Origin: Orbicella franksi
Taxonomy: Eukaryota
Direction of reading: 5' to 3'
Assembly: GCA_964199315.1 (NCBI GenBank)
Contig: OZ116708.1
Span: 2,976,001 to 3,040,000 of the forward strand
Length of the DNA: 64,000 nt
Shown one piece after another: positions 1 to 11,200 of this stretch (position 1 is its first letter; every line of letters begins with the position of its first letter). The translations under genes and the position numbers were made by a program. The notes beneath the pieces were generated by a model. That model was given only the letters and a program-made list of their open reading frames with translations. It did no database searches and was not told the DNA's origin.

Positions 1-430
1 GAAAACACTATGTACAAAATACCACCTAGACATTAGAACCCACACTAAGAATATGCTATATCAACCGGCTGGTTCTGTAGTACCTCCAAGCTACATATCG
101 GGCCTGGTTGAGAAAAATTCTGGACCAGAGTCTGTAGCAAGGTTCTTGTGCATAGGTCCTTGTAATAGTTGGCCTTGTTGCACATTTTTGTGCTTTATTC
201 CCTCTAACAGTCTTTGGGATCCCACAGACTGTCATTGCAACAAATCTTCAGCATAGACAATGTTGCAGACCGTGTGATTCTTGAATGGACTTGTTGACTT
301 TATTATCACTGTTCTGCAACTATGATAGTGATGTGTAATCTACATTGTGTATCAATTTATCTGAATGTCTGTGTCAAATGTTCTTTTTTAACTTCAGATA
401 GTTTGATCTTCTGTTCTTATCTTTTTACAG

Positions 431-517
431 ATTGTTCCTATCGGGCAGAAAGTACAGGATCCACTTCTCCATCTGTGCGAGAAGTGTTCCCTGCCTATTC
501 TGGTCTATGGTCGACTG
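431..517 (+). CDS. CBLL1: Hakai internal exon
   Basis: tttttacag|ATT...CTG|gttagt; [29 protein letters not shown] (87 nt, phase 0-0). Confidence 0.9.
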
Positions 518-2439
518 GTTAGTACATGTGTTATTAACCCAGAAGGGCCAAGTTGATATGATGTAAACCAATTAGCATCACATGAAAGTACTGCTCAGTA
601 GCTTTCATTTGAATGGTCACACACTAGGGTTTCATCCACAGACTTAAAAGTTAGAACCGCCTTGTACAGCATACATGTAATAAACAGTGCCACATGAAAG
701 TACTACTCAATTGCTTTCATTTGAATGGTCACACACTAGGGTTTCATCCACAGACTTAAAAGTTAGAACCACCTTGTCTCAATTACTCATCAGATACTTG
801 GCTAATTTTCCTGTTATATCGTTTTTTCCTGTGCAGAGTCCATGTAAACACTCCTTCTGCCTGACATGTGCTGAAAAGGGGAATGGAAAATGCCCAAGGT
901 ACATTTGCATCAAAGAATAAAATGTCTGTAATGTTATAATGTATTACAAAGTCAAATATTTGTCTTCCACGGCAACAGTGTACACGTATTTGTTCAGCAC
1001 CGAGAAATTCAGTTTCATTGTCAAGTAAATAAACCAAAATGTGCATTCTTTTCTTTTCTTCCCTTTTCTTTTCTTTTTAGTTGGGAGGTATTACAAAACA
1101 CCAAAGTGCCTGGCCCCACGGGAAACAATGAGTTTTGTTTTCCTGAGACCATCAATGTTCACTTAGGCGGATATAGCCTACAGTGCAGGCGTCTTATTGG
1201 GGCGAGTTAGCGTTACAACCTTGAGACCGCCATGTTAGACGGTGGGGGATGGGGGAGGGGAAAAATGAGATTTTCTTCACCCCACTCCCTCCCCTATCCT
1301 TCCTCTTGCCTATCGTTCACCCCCTTGGTAGAACTTTCTTTCTCTCTCCAGTCTTCCACTGCATGAAAAATTCAAGATGGCGGCTAAACTTTTTACGATG
1401 TGAGCGCTCGCTCGAAAAAATCTCGCCTGCTCTGCAGGCTAAGGCGAATATTGTGGGTCTCGAGGAAACGAAACTACCTTTTTCCCTTGCGGTCAGTGAT
1501 TAAGTGCTTATTGACTCACAGACTAGAAAATGTTGCTCTAGCGTTTAAGACAACCTGTCAATCTCCAACTGATTCAATGAATCAAGGCATGACTCTCTTG
1601 ACGTCAAATTTCCCTTCAGGTGCGGAGATGGTGTTCAGCGGATCGAACGCGCACCGCTGGGCAGTGTGTACGTGTGTTCAGTTGGCGGAAGCCGCTATGG
1701 AATCTCGGGATGCCGTCGGAGTTATTTCTCCCAGCGAGACTTGCAGTCGCACATCAAGAGACGTCATCAGAGAGAGCAGGGGGGAGGGGAGAGTGATGGA
1801 GGAGAGGAGACTGATAACGAGATACAACGCGCCATGTTTCCTCAAGCAGTGCCCTTCTTTCCGGCCCCATTGCCGCACCGCGAGGTCCTTCCAGCCGTGC
1901 CCCCGCATCCTATTTTGCCGGGTGACAGGCCCTTTGGAAATGTCGCCGCTGTACCGGTTATGGATGGTCGCCATTTTCCAGGAGTACCCACGATACCTCG
2001 CGAAACGTTTTTCATGGAGGGTCCACGTCAACAGCATCCAGTGGTCAGTGGTTTTCCAACGCAAGCCCCCGCTCCAGCCCCTATACCACATGTCCCTCAA
2101 GGCGCCTTTCCGCGTCCTGAGCAAGGACCTTCTCCGAGGTTTGAAGAGATGCGGGTGTCAAGGCCAATGGCCCCTGCACCCATTGAAGAAGCCTTTGGAC
2201 CAAGACCAGTAGGACCCGGGTTTCCAGGGAGATTTCCCGGACCACCTCGGTCCGAGGCAGACTGGATTCCAGCCGAACGCGGACCGCCTGTTCGAGGAGA
2301 GAGGGACTGGATGCCTCCTCCTGGGCGAGCTGAGAGGGACTGGATCCCACCACGAAGCGTAGGAAACATGGTCCCTCCTGGGGCACCTCCCCCGGGAAGA
2401 CCCCCACCTGGTGACCCTCATTTTCGTCCAATGTTTTGA
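431..2439 (+). CDS. CBLL1: E3 ubiquitin ligase Hakai (RING + C2H2 HYB domain, Pro-rich tail); 5'-partial gene model join(431..517,837..898,1620..2439), 322 aa in window
   Basis: Exons splice in phase with AG/GT boundaries to give [46 protein letters not shown]...[19 protein letters not shown], matching the Hakai signature from recalled family knowledge; TGA at 2437-2439. Confidence 0.93.
574..778. repeat. Two tandem copies (period 112 bp) of a dispersed minisatellite unit in a CBLL1 intron
   Basis: CACATGAAAGTACT...GAATGGTCACACACTAGGGTTTCATCCACAGACTTAAAAGTTAGAACC at 579 and 691; reverse-complement copies at ~29200-29590. Confidence 0.85.
837..898 (+). CDS. CBLL1: Hakai RING exon
   Basis: gtgcag|AGT...CCA AG|gtacat; [20 protein letters not shown](R). 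Confidence 0.92.
1079..1512. mobile_element. Palindromic (hairpin) repeat element interrupted at its centre by the 1174-1441 MITE
   Basis: Left arm CTGGCCCCACGGGAAACAATGAGTTTTGTTTTCCTGAGACCATCAATGTT is an imperfect reverse complement of right arm AATATTGTGGGTCTCGAGGAAACGAAACTACCTTTTTCCCTTGCGGTCAG. Confidence 0.65.
1174..1441. mobile_element. MITE, 268 bp, 18-bp TIRs, apparent 9-bp TSD
   Basis: TAGCCTACAGTGCAGGCG ... CGCCTGCTCTGCAGGCTA; flanks AGGCGGATA (1165-1173) and AGGCGAATA (1442-1450). Confidence 0.75.
1620..2439 (+). CDS. CBLL1: Hakai last coding exon (HYB zinc finger + Pro-rich tail)
   Basis: ttcccttcag|G TGC GGA; in frame with ORF 1666..2439 ending GDPHFRPMF*. Confidence 0.93.
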
Positions 2440-2667
2440 AACCTCGGTTTCTTTGCGAACGAAATTCTCTCTGCAAGTGTAATCAGCCCTTAATTAATTT
2501 TTCGTGTTCAAATACTCATTTCCGACATCTAATTCCAGTAGAAGGAATATAGGTACTCTAATTTAGTGCCCACCGAACTAACAAAGTGTTTAATCTTCTG
2601 ACTTGTACATTGATTTGTAAAACGCAAAGGCTACAGAAAAATGATCTCTCAGACAATGTATCTCTGA

Positions 2668-2673
2668 AATAAA
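2668..2673 (+). terminator. Candidate polyadenylation signal of CBLL1
   Basis: AATAAA ~230 nt after the stop; a second at ~2734. Confidence 0.35.
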
Positions 2674-2790
2674 TTCTCTAGACGGAGGGAATCAATTCGA
2701 GAGGAAGCCGGAGTTCTTACCCAATCGTTAGCAAATAAAACAGCACTAATTTTTTTTTAACCTGTAAAGCATTTTGACAAGCGATATAGA

Positions 2791-3019
2791 CTGGGTCGGG
2801 TTGTTCATAGCGCGATGAAGCTACACCGCGATTAGCAAGAATTATGATTTCGGTTTTGTAGCTTTGCGATGACGTTTTGTGGTTTTTCAGTTTTGAATTT
2901 AAATAATCTGAAACGACCCAAAATTTAGGCAGCGAAAAAAAAAATTAGAAGAAATATTTATAATTCAGTAAACTTTTTATTCTGGGTGAGCGTTAACGGG
3001 CTTTCGAACAACCCGTTCC
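2791..3019. mobile_element. Degenerate MITE between the two convergent 3' ends
   Basis: Imperfect TIRs CTGGGTCGGGTTGTTCATAGC ... GCTTTCGAACAACCCGTTCC. Confidence 0.55.
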
Positions 3020-3577
3020 TTTTGTCAATCTCGCTGTTGAGTGCTTGGGTATAAACTCATTCCACTGACGGGCAAACATTGAAAGAAATTTTTAGCGGTT
3101 AGTATGATGAATCAATTTTGTTTTTAACCTCAGAATGAAAGGGTTAATACCCTCATTCAAGCAAATCAGCAACACGCTCACTCTAGCTTAGTGCAAGGTT
3201 TTTTGTAAACTTGGAGGCAAAGGGGTATTTCTTTCTTTCCTTCAGAGGAAGGAATGAATGCATTGAGCCTAACAACTGTTAGTAACTTTATTTATACAAA
3301 ATAATAAAATAAATAAATACACACTTCAATCTCTTTTACAGGGGTATAGTAATTAATATTTACATTATTTTCGGGAACTTATAGGTTGGGCGCTATTGTA
3401 AATATCTGTTAGTCTCGTTCAACAAAATTGCTCAAAATAAGCTTTTTCGTGCGGAAGATGCAGTTAAACAGGTTTTTGAAGAAAACCGGTAAATCCAGTT
3501 CGGCAGGTTTTAGTGTGAAAGAGTTCTCTAATTATAAATAACAAAGCACTTCTTTTCCTAATTACTCAGTCCATAGC

Positions 3578-5242
3578 TCAGTTATACTCTTGCTCGCTAA
3601 ACACTTCAATGTCCCGCGCTTTCTGCAACTCGTCGTCCATATTGGTCAGGCTGCTAAACACTGAATGAATATATCCTTGGCTTTTCTTGAGTCGTTCCGA
3701 GAGCTCTTTGAACTCCTTCTCTTTAATTTCCGCGCGCTTATCAGCCTCTTTATAATCCAACCACAGGCTGTTATTTTCCTGTTCAAGTGAGTCAAGCTTG
3801 ATTTTCAAGGCGCGCTCTTCGTCTTCAAAGGCGGTCTGCAAATTTTTCAACTGTTGTGACTTCGCAATCAGTTCAAGTTCTTTCTCTTTGAGAATTCCGA
3901 CCATTCTTCGGAGCTCCGAGTTGATCTGGTCTTTTTCCGACGAAAGTGCGTCGAGTCGGTTTCGGAACGAGATTTCGTGCTCCGAAGCCGTCTTCGTGGC
4001 TCGTTTCAGATCTTCGCTAATTGCGTCATACTGCGACTGTTTTCGACTGAGCTCTCCGTTTAACAAATCCATTTTCGACTCGACAGAGTTCTTTTCATGT
4101 TCAATCTCTGCCAAAGAGCCAATGAGGTGCTTGATACTCTTTTGTACATCCGAGAGTTTTCTTTTAACTAGATCCAGCTCCCCGATCGCGTATTTGCCAT
4201 CAATGGCGTCTTTGACGTTTTCTGAGCCAAATTTCTGCCTTGTCTCATCTGGCGACACAACAGGCTGTGCATGTTGTCTTATGGTGTTTTCCAAGCTGTT
4301 GAAATATCCACTCATTTTCAATTCCAACTCCTCTCTGTTTTTGTCAAGTAACTCTTTAATGACCTCCACCAAGTCCTCGCCATCTCTGCTGTCCATCAGG
4401 GTATTTGTTTCCTGGGAGCCTGTTTGGTTGTCCTCTCGTGGCCCTTCCTCATGAAAGTCCTCAATTTCATTCTGCGCGAGAGCTCTTTCGATAACTTGCC
4501 TGGACCTTTTCCTGACCTTTTTGAGTGCCATATGCGCCCTTTTGACTTCATGGAGTTCCTCCGCTTTTTTCTCGAACCGTTTCTTATCTGTCTCAATCTG
4601 TTGAAGAATATCCTCCACATCGCCTTTGAAAGCTTTATAAGCAACTTCTCTCTCGTAATTATCCCACGACATCTCTGCTCTTATGCTTGCCTCCAAAGGG
4701 AAATCTTCGTTTCCTTCTATATCGCTTTCTTCTTCTTTCAATGGTCGCCCTAACTCGTTAACCACCGACTCCAGAAGCGACTTCAAAAGCGACATCCGCT
4801 TAGCAACCGTTTCGAACACATGCGCATGACTGATGACATCTTTGGCTCCATTCGAACAGCCTTGAAAGTACTCTTGCAATTGCCTTAGATCGCCCAGGCA
4901 CTTCTGCGCATGATCTTTCAAACCCTCGTGCTCCGTGAAGAATCGTTTCACCATGTTAAAAAAGTTCTCTTTTTCTAGCAGTTGTCCTCTTCTCAGATTC
5001 CCGTCACTCTCCGGTTGATTTCCTTTCTGTCCAGTTTCCAGTTGTTGCACCATCTGCTGCACGCGGCTCGTGAATTCTTCACTGCTCCGTCTTTCTTTAG
5101 CTACTTTCTGCTTCAGTGCTACCTTCTCGGCCGTTAGATCCCGTATACAAGCCTCAAGGTCCCGGATCTTAAGCTCGTAGGAGTCTTGTTGTTCGCGAAG
5201 TTTTTCCTTCAGTTGATCACAGTTAGAGCACTTCTTGGCTAC
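3578..5242 (-). CDS. CENPF: CENP-F-like last coding exon (coiled coil)
   Basis: tctttcatag|GTA GCC AAG; open frame of 555 codons continuous with ORF 3578..5062, ends FSEQEYN*. Confidence 0.85.
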   Translation of the reverse strand, partial: VAKKCSNCDQLKEKLREQQDSYELKIRDLEACIRDLTAEKVALKQKVAKERRSSEEFTSRVQQMVQQLETGQKGNQPESDGNLRRGQLLEKENFFNMVKRFFTEHEGLKDHAQKCLGDLRQLQEYFQGCSNGAKDVISHAHVFETVAKRMSLLKSLLESVVNELGRPLKEEESDIEGNEDFPLEASIRAEMSWDNYEREVAYKAFKGDVEDILQQIETDKKRFEKKAEELHEVKRAHMALKKVRKRSRQVIERALAQNEIEDFHEEGPREDNQTGSQETNTLMDSRDGEDLVEVIKELLDKNREELELKMSGYFNSLENTIRQHAQPVVSPDETRQKFGSENVKDAIDGKYAIGELDLVKRKLSDVQKSIKHLIGSLAEIEHEKNSVESKMDLLNGELSRKQSQYDAISEDLKRATKTASEHEISFRNRLDALSSEKDQINSELRRMVGILKEKELELIAKSQQLKNLQTAFEDEERALKIKLDSLEQENNSLWLDYKEADKRAEIKEKEFKELSERLKKSQGYIHSVFSSLTNMDDELQKARDIEVFSEQEYN

Positions 5243-8200
5243 CTATGAAAGATATAAATACTGATCTTTTAACGGGTTAACGTTATTATTGATCGTTACT
5301 GTCGAACGAGGACTATCCAATTTACGCAAGAGGCTATGATTTACGTCCCTTTTCTAAACGCTTAGAATGAAGTTAATGAACAATAATATTACGGGAGAAC
5401 ATCAAGTATGTTAACAAAAAACAGGTGTCATTTATTCAGTTTCCGTTCACGTTATATCGAAATGACAGATTTCCCTACCCCCTTCATATACCTCAGCCTG
5501 TGAAATCCCTACCCTTTCATTTACCTGAAGGCTGATATACCTGTATGGGCCGTTTAGGGAGTATCCCCCCCCTCCCCCCGGGGATAGCGTTAGTTCCTTG
5601 AAGAAACATTCTTATACCGACCTTGTCTCGTGATGTTTGATCGCCATTATCCTTCAAGTCCTCTCTGTTGCTCGGCTCCGGTCCTTCCCCTGTTTCATTC
5701 TGCCACAGGTCCTGGCCGATATCGATGTTTTGAAACTTCTTCCTGCAATCTTCTAACGCCTTCGAAACTCGACGGTAAGACCTCTCAGCATTCATAAACT
5801 TTTGTCCCGTGTGTTCAAGTTCTTCGTTTAAGCGGTTGTTCTCCGAGGTGAGAATTTCAACTTTCTCTCCCAGAAACCTGAGTTGGTTTTGCTTCTCTTT
5901 ATAATCATCCTCGAGCGCTTGTATTCTATGGTCTTTCTCCCTCAATTGCTTGGTCGTAGCGAGATGAGATTCAGTTGCAGCGCTGTTTTGCCGCCTCAGG
6001 TAGTCGAGCTCTTGGGTTAATTTGGCATTTTCCTCTTCCAGGGTTTCTACTCTGTCCCGTTTAGCTTTCACTTGGTTTACTCGTTGTGTCAGGTCTGTCT
6101 CCAAAGTTTTGATCTTGTTTTCGGAATCCTCCAGCGCTCTACTCAAAGCAACAAACCTCTCTTTGGTCTCTTCAGTATTGCGTTTCTCGCTCTGAATCTC
6201 CTCGTACAGCTGTTTACCCTTTTCTTCCAATGTTTCCACTCTGTTATGAGTATTTCGTAACTCTCCTTCGGTCCTATCTAGCTTCGCTTCCAGTCTGGCT
6301 ATCTCTTTTTCTCTAGTCTTCAACGTTTGGGATGTCTTCTTGCACTCCGCATGAGATGCGGCCAACTTCTCCATAACCCTCTCTAACTCTTTCTCCTTTT
6401 CACGAAGCATACTTTTCAAATGTTCCACCTGGGACTTGAGTTCTTCACTGTCGCTTATCAGAGCATTATTCTCTCTCTTCAAGATCTCCAAGAAGGCACT
6501 GCTCACAGCTTCTGCAGACGTTAAGTCAGCGGTATCTGTGATAGGCTCAGCCTCGTTTTCAACCATGGACTGGTTCCTTGAGTGTGTGGTCAATAACTCG
6601 TCTCGCTGCCGCAGCTGATCCCTCAGAGCTTCGTTTTCTTGGTAAAGGTTGTCAACTTTCTCTTTGGCGACTAAAGTTATTGAAAATATGAGCAAAGAAT
6701 TCAGATGTTATAGCAATTTTTTTAATCTAGCACCCAGGCCTTGTTGGAGAGGCCTAGGCCTCATGGTTAGTACGCTCGTCTCCGGATTGAGCGGTCCGGA
6801 TTCGAGTCCTGACTGGAGACATTGCGTTGTGTTCTTGGGCAAGGCACTTTATTCCCACCGTGCCTCTCTTCACCCAGGTGTACAAATGGGTACCGACCAA
6901 TTCAATGTTGGGGGTAACCCTGCGATGGACTAGCATCCCATCCAGGGGGTGTAGAAATACTCCTGGTCGCTTCATGCTACAGAAACCGGGATAAGCTCCG
7001 GCCTGATGGGCCACTTGGCTTGTATGCAGACTTTACCTAACGTTAAGATTAGCAGTCGGCGTGAACAACATTCTCTCATTCGGTGTAATTATGTTTTAAC
7101 GCGCTAGCTGAAAATGAGAAATTGAACTTTCGGATAAGATTCTGACTAACTCAGGGTAACAAAGATTCGCTTTTCAGTTCGCGTGACCTTCTACTTTCTT
7201 TTAGAGTTCGTATAACAATAGGTTAAAGACGACAGATTAATCCCCACGCTGAGATAGTATTTAGAATTGATGGTTTTGTCTAAAGCTTGTTAGACGGTTT
7301 TCCACACGACACTCACGCATGCCCCGTCCGCACTAAGCCGGAGGAATTTGAAAACGGAGGTTTCACTCTGAACTAGGAAACGCATCAAATATTTTCCGTC
7401 CACACTACGCTGGAGAAATTTGAAAAAGTAACAATAGCCCGCCATTTCGGATTTGTGTTTGAGGAAAACTCAGGCAGAGAAATCACATGATCATCGTGAC
7501 GCCATCGTTTTAGAAAAGCTCCATTTTCAAAATGTTTTCCGTACACACTAAGACGCAAGGCAAGGTTTTCAAATTTCTCCTGTTTGAAGATCGTTTCCGA
7601 AAAGCTCGGTTTTCGTGACGGATTAGTGTGGACGGCAGGTCTAACCGTAGAAATAAAGTTGCGTTTTTAAATTCCTCCGGTGCAGTGTGGAAGGGGCCTA
7701 ACTCATAAGAGCAAGAGCAGATAAATCACACGTGAGGAAATTCACGCGTTAATTTTTCAAGAGTCAGGAAACATATTGTGCACGAAAGACTGCAGAAGGG
7801 AACGTAACAACTGTTATCCGTACATTTACGAAATCACATGAAAACCATCTGTTTTTTAGATAGCTTAACTGTTGAATGCGCGTGGTGACAAGGATTCGAT
7901 TTATGTTGATAACAAAGAAATGCAGTTTTGGATAACCCATTATGACCGAAAAAAATCTGACCCAGATGTGCACACGACAGAATTTTGCCTGAGATGGCCT
8001 ATGGTTTGATCATCTAGGACTTCAAGTGATAGCAGACCCAAGCGATTTTGGTTAGTTATTCAGCTTTTTTAGCAGTTTCGGAATTTGCAAAGAGGAAATC
8101 AGTCAAAATGACGAACTCTATGTTTACCGAAAACAATCTTGAGACACATTTTGAGGCTGCGTTCTCTCCCAAATCAGTATAAGTTGTTGTTGTAGTTCCT

Positions 8201-11200
8201 GCTGTTTTTGCTTTTTATAAAAGTCTTGTTCTCAACTGAAACATTGATCCAGTGTTTACTCTGGCTTCGTGCAGATATTGGGTCAGTGTAATCTACGACA
8301 CGTCCTAAGATTGTTCATGTATACAGTCTATACAACTAAAACTGATATGACATTTTTAACTGGCAAGCGTTGGCGTTAAATTCTCAGCGATAAAAATCCG
8401 ATCAAGAAGTTTAGTATTTACCCAGTCAAATACGATTACACAGAAACAAAACTTTGCGAATTTTCTCTCAGACATGTTCACTGCCACCGCGGCTCTATTT
8501 GTTTATTTCAGGCGGATTAGAATAAGGAAATAACAGCTTTTTCAAAGGATTTGAAACTCCTTAAAACTCCTAAGTTCCATTAAACTACTTCAGTTTAACA
8601 CGTCGGTCTAGAGATATTGAATAAGTGGCCAGTAGCTTGGGAAACCACAGATATTTTCTAGTTTATTTCCTTGAGCACGTTTTGGAAGATGATATTCAGC
8701 CTCCCGGAAGTACGGGGGAGTTGCAGTCCCGCCGGGTTTTCCCTACCCCCGCGTGGGCCGGGGATGGGCTGGTATTCTGTCCACAGCAGTGAGAATAAAC
8801 ATTAAACTTTTAACAAGAAAATCGCATGTTTAGAATCAATTCGTTGTAAACTATTTCGGAATTCATGGCCAAAAACTTAGGAATTGATTTAAAACTAAGC
8901 ATATATGTATCTATTCAACTTTTCTCTGTGGCGTCAACGGTAACCATGATCAGTGCAAAAGACGAATCTTCGGAAATGAGCGAAATTCTGCGTAATCTCT
9001 CGCAGACTAAATAATTTCCGATAATCTTCGGCGAGATCTGTTTGTTTTCAGGAGCCCATTTGTTTTCCATATTTCCGAGCGTAAAGAATCACGTTTGATG
9101 TAAAAAAATTCTAGTCTGACACCCAGTCAGTCAGCACTTGCACACGCTACAGGTTTTTGTAATCAACAGAGGTCAAAGGTGGCCTTTTAGATGACTTAGA
9201 TTTAAGCTGACTCAACTGTGTCAGTGAGTAGAAGCTTAAGGTAGTTATTCTTAACGATTTGATTGTTTTTATTCTAAAATTAGAAGTCCAAAATTCAAGG
9301 ATTTTAGTCAAGTGCATCAGTACCTACCGCGATAACCCAAGTTTTATCAGAATAAGTTTTATCAGAATGATTCGATCAGAGTTTGATAACAACAGGGGAC
9401 TACTTATGCTTAGCCTGATAAGCAACTTGCACTTGTAAGAGAACTCCCAGCTTGTTGCTGAGGTACCTTCCAAAGCAGCCAGTTTTGCACCTGTGCTTTA
9501 AGAAAATAGCGTCTGAATGTTGAGAAATACAATTAGTTTCTCAATCTAGCAGAATTAAGCTTAACTCACTTTGGTAACAAAAAGGTTGCGAATTATTTTG
9601 ATGAGATTAGTTTCGTGTCTTATCTACGAATTAACTGCCTTGAGTCAAATCTCGTCTGCTGTACTGATTGCAACAGAACCACTGTGTTTTCATCAATACA
9701 AATAAGAAATCAACCAGATCATGCCGATCAGTAAAGTATTCGTAAAGTACTGCAGAAGCGGAACAGAATTTGAAGTGAAACGTAAAATCGGTGACTTTGT
9801 GTTCTCCTTTCAAATTGGTAAACGTGTTTTTACCCTAGTGTTGCATTTGCTCTTATCTGATAAGATGTACCCGGGGTAGATGTTAAATTGCATCACCTTC
9901 GATAAAATGTTCAATGAGGCGCGAGCCATTTTCGACATTCCATTCCCAGATAAATCTAATAAAATAAGCTACTCACGATCAATTTTCATTTGATCGGATT
10001 CTCCTAGATAAAGCTGCAAGATGCATTCAACGATGCAAAGAAAAATTGGACGATTTCAAAAGGATAAAGAGAATACTTCACTGGGAATGCCATTGCAAAA
10101 CAAAGGGAGAAAATGCTAGATTCTTGCTAAATCTAAAGCTCCTTAATGTCACGTATAGTCTTATCTCGACTCAGTTTAGAGGTTGAAATTTTAACCTAAC
10201 ATTCTTTAAACGCTAGACGTTTTGTTTGATAAACGTGATCAATGAAATGAGAAAGCTATGAAGATTGCAGATAAATCGTGTAATCAGAACTGGATTAATG
10301 TTTCAAACCACCAAGATTTGCCGTAACATTAAACATGTGTGCTTTGCAACTTAAAAATAACCATCAACCAAATGGCTGTGCTATCCGCTAGAACATTATA
10401 CTATCAGAGTATTTAAAATAGAATGGCACTTGAAAGTGTAAAGTGAACTTATGAAAAAGATAAAATAGAAAAATGGGCCAAAAATATACAGTCGAACTTC
10501 CCGCTAAATCACAGACACCACGGCTAAAACATACAAGTCACTTAGTCCAAGAGAATTGAAACTCGTTTTTAAACTCTGCCTTTATGATTTGAACACTCGG
10601 CTCTGATCTTTTAGTGTCTGTTCTATATGAAGAAGAGCGACAGTCTAAACAGCCAAAACAATAAGTGAAGAATGTGATTCACAATAATTTGACAATAACG
10701 GAGTATAAAACTGTATAAACAATTTTGTCGCGAAACAACATGTAACGGTTTTGAAATATTAATCAGAAAGTTCCGACGGTATACAAATGGCCATCCCTAG
10801 GCCACTTCAGTTTCCGCAGAGCTAATAAAGTATTTGAGTTCCCTTAACAAATTTGCTTTCCCACAAGTAAAATTTCTTAGCCTAGGTCTTTTTCAAGCTC
10901 TTAGTTTGCCCTGATTCAAAACCATTTCATACCAGAGCAGAAACGCCACCTGCGACTAAACTATAGGGCTTTGAAAGCGAGATTATTTACAATACATACA
11001 AATTAAACATGATTTAGAAGTTACGAGAAGCATCTGTAAATACTTTTACTTTTGTCTCCTCACGCACACAACTGATCTCCGCGGGGTAGAACCCCGCCTA
11101 AAATAAAAGAAATATTGCGGCTTTCCGTTCCCTGCCCCGCCCGATGGGTTAAACCCCATAGCAATTTCTAGCGCTCCGGCATTCTGGTCCAAAACCGCCG

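Noticed and set aside
1675-1713. Extra residues (GGSRYGIS) in the Hakai C2H2 finger relative to human
   Set aside because: I recall a similar GGSRY loop in other invertebrate Hakai proteins, so it is probably ancestral rather than novel.
1400-2476. Overlapping ORFs 1400..2212, 1678..2124, 2081..2476, 2097..2369, 2158..2421
   Set aside because: Alternative-frame or antisense shadows of the GC-rich Hakai last exon.
3798-4753. Plus-strand ORFs 3798..4454 and 4424..4753
   Set aside because: Ser/Leu/Phe-rich antisense shadows of the coiled-coil exon.
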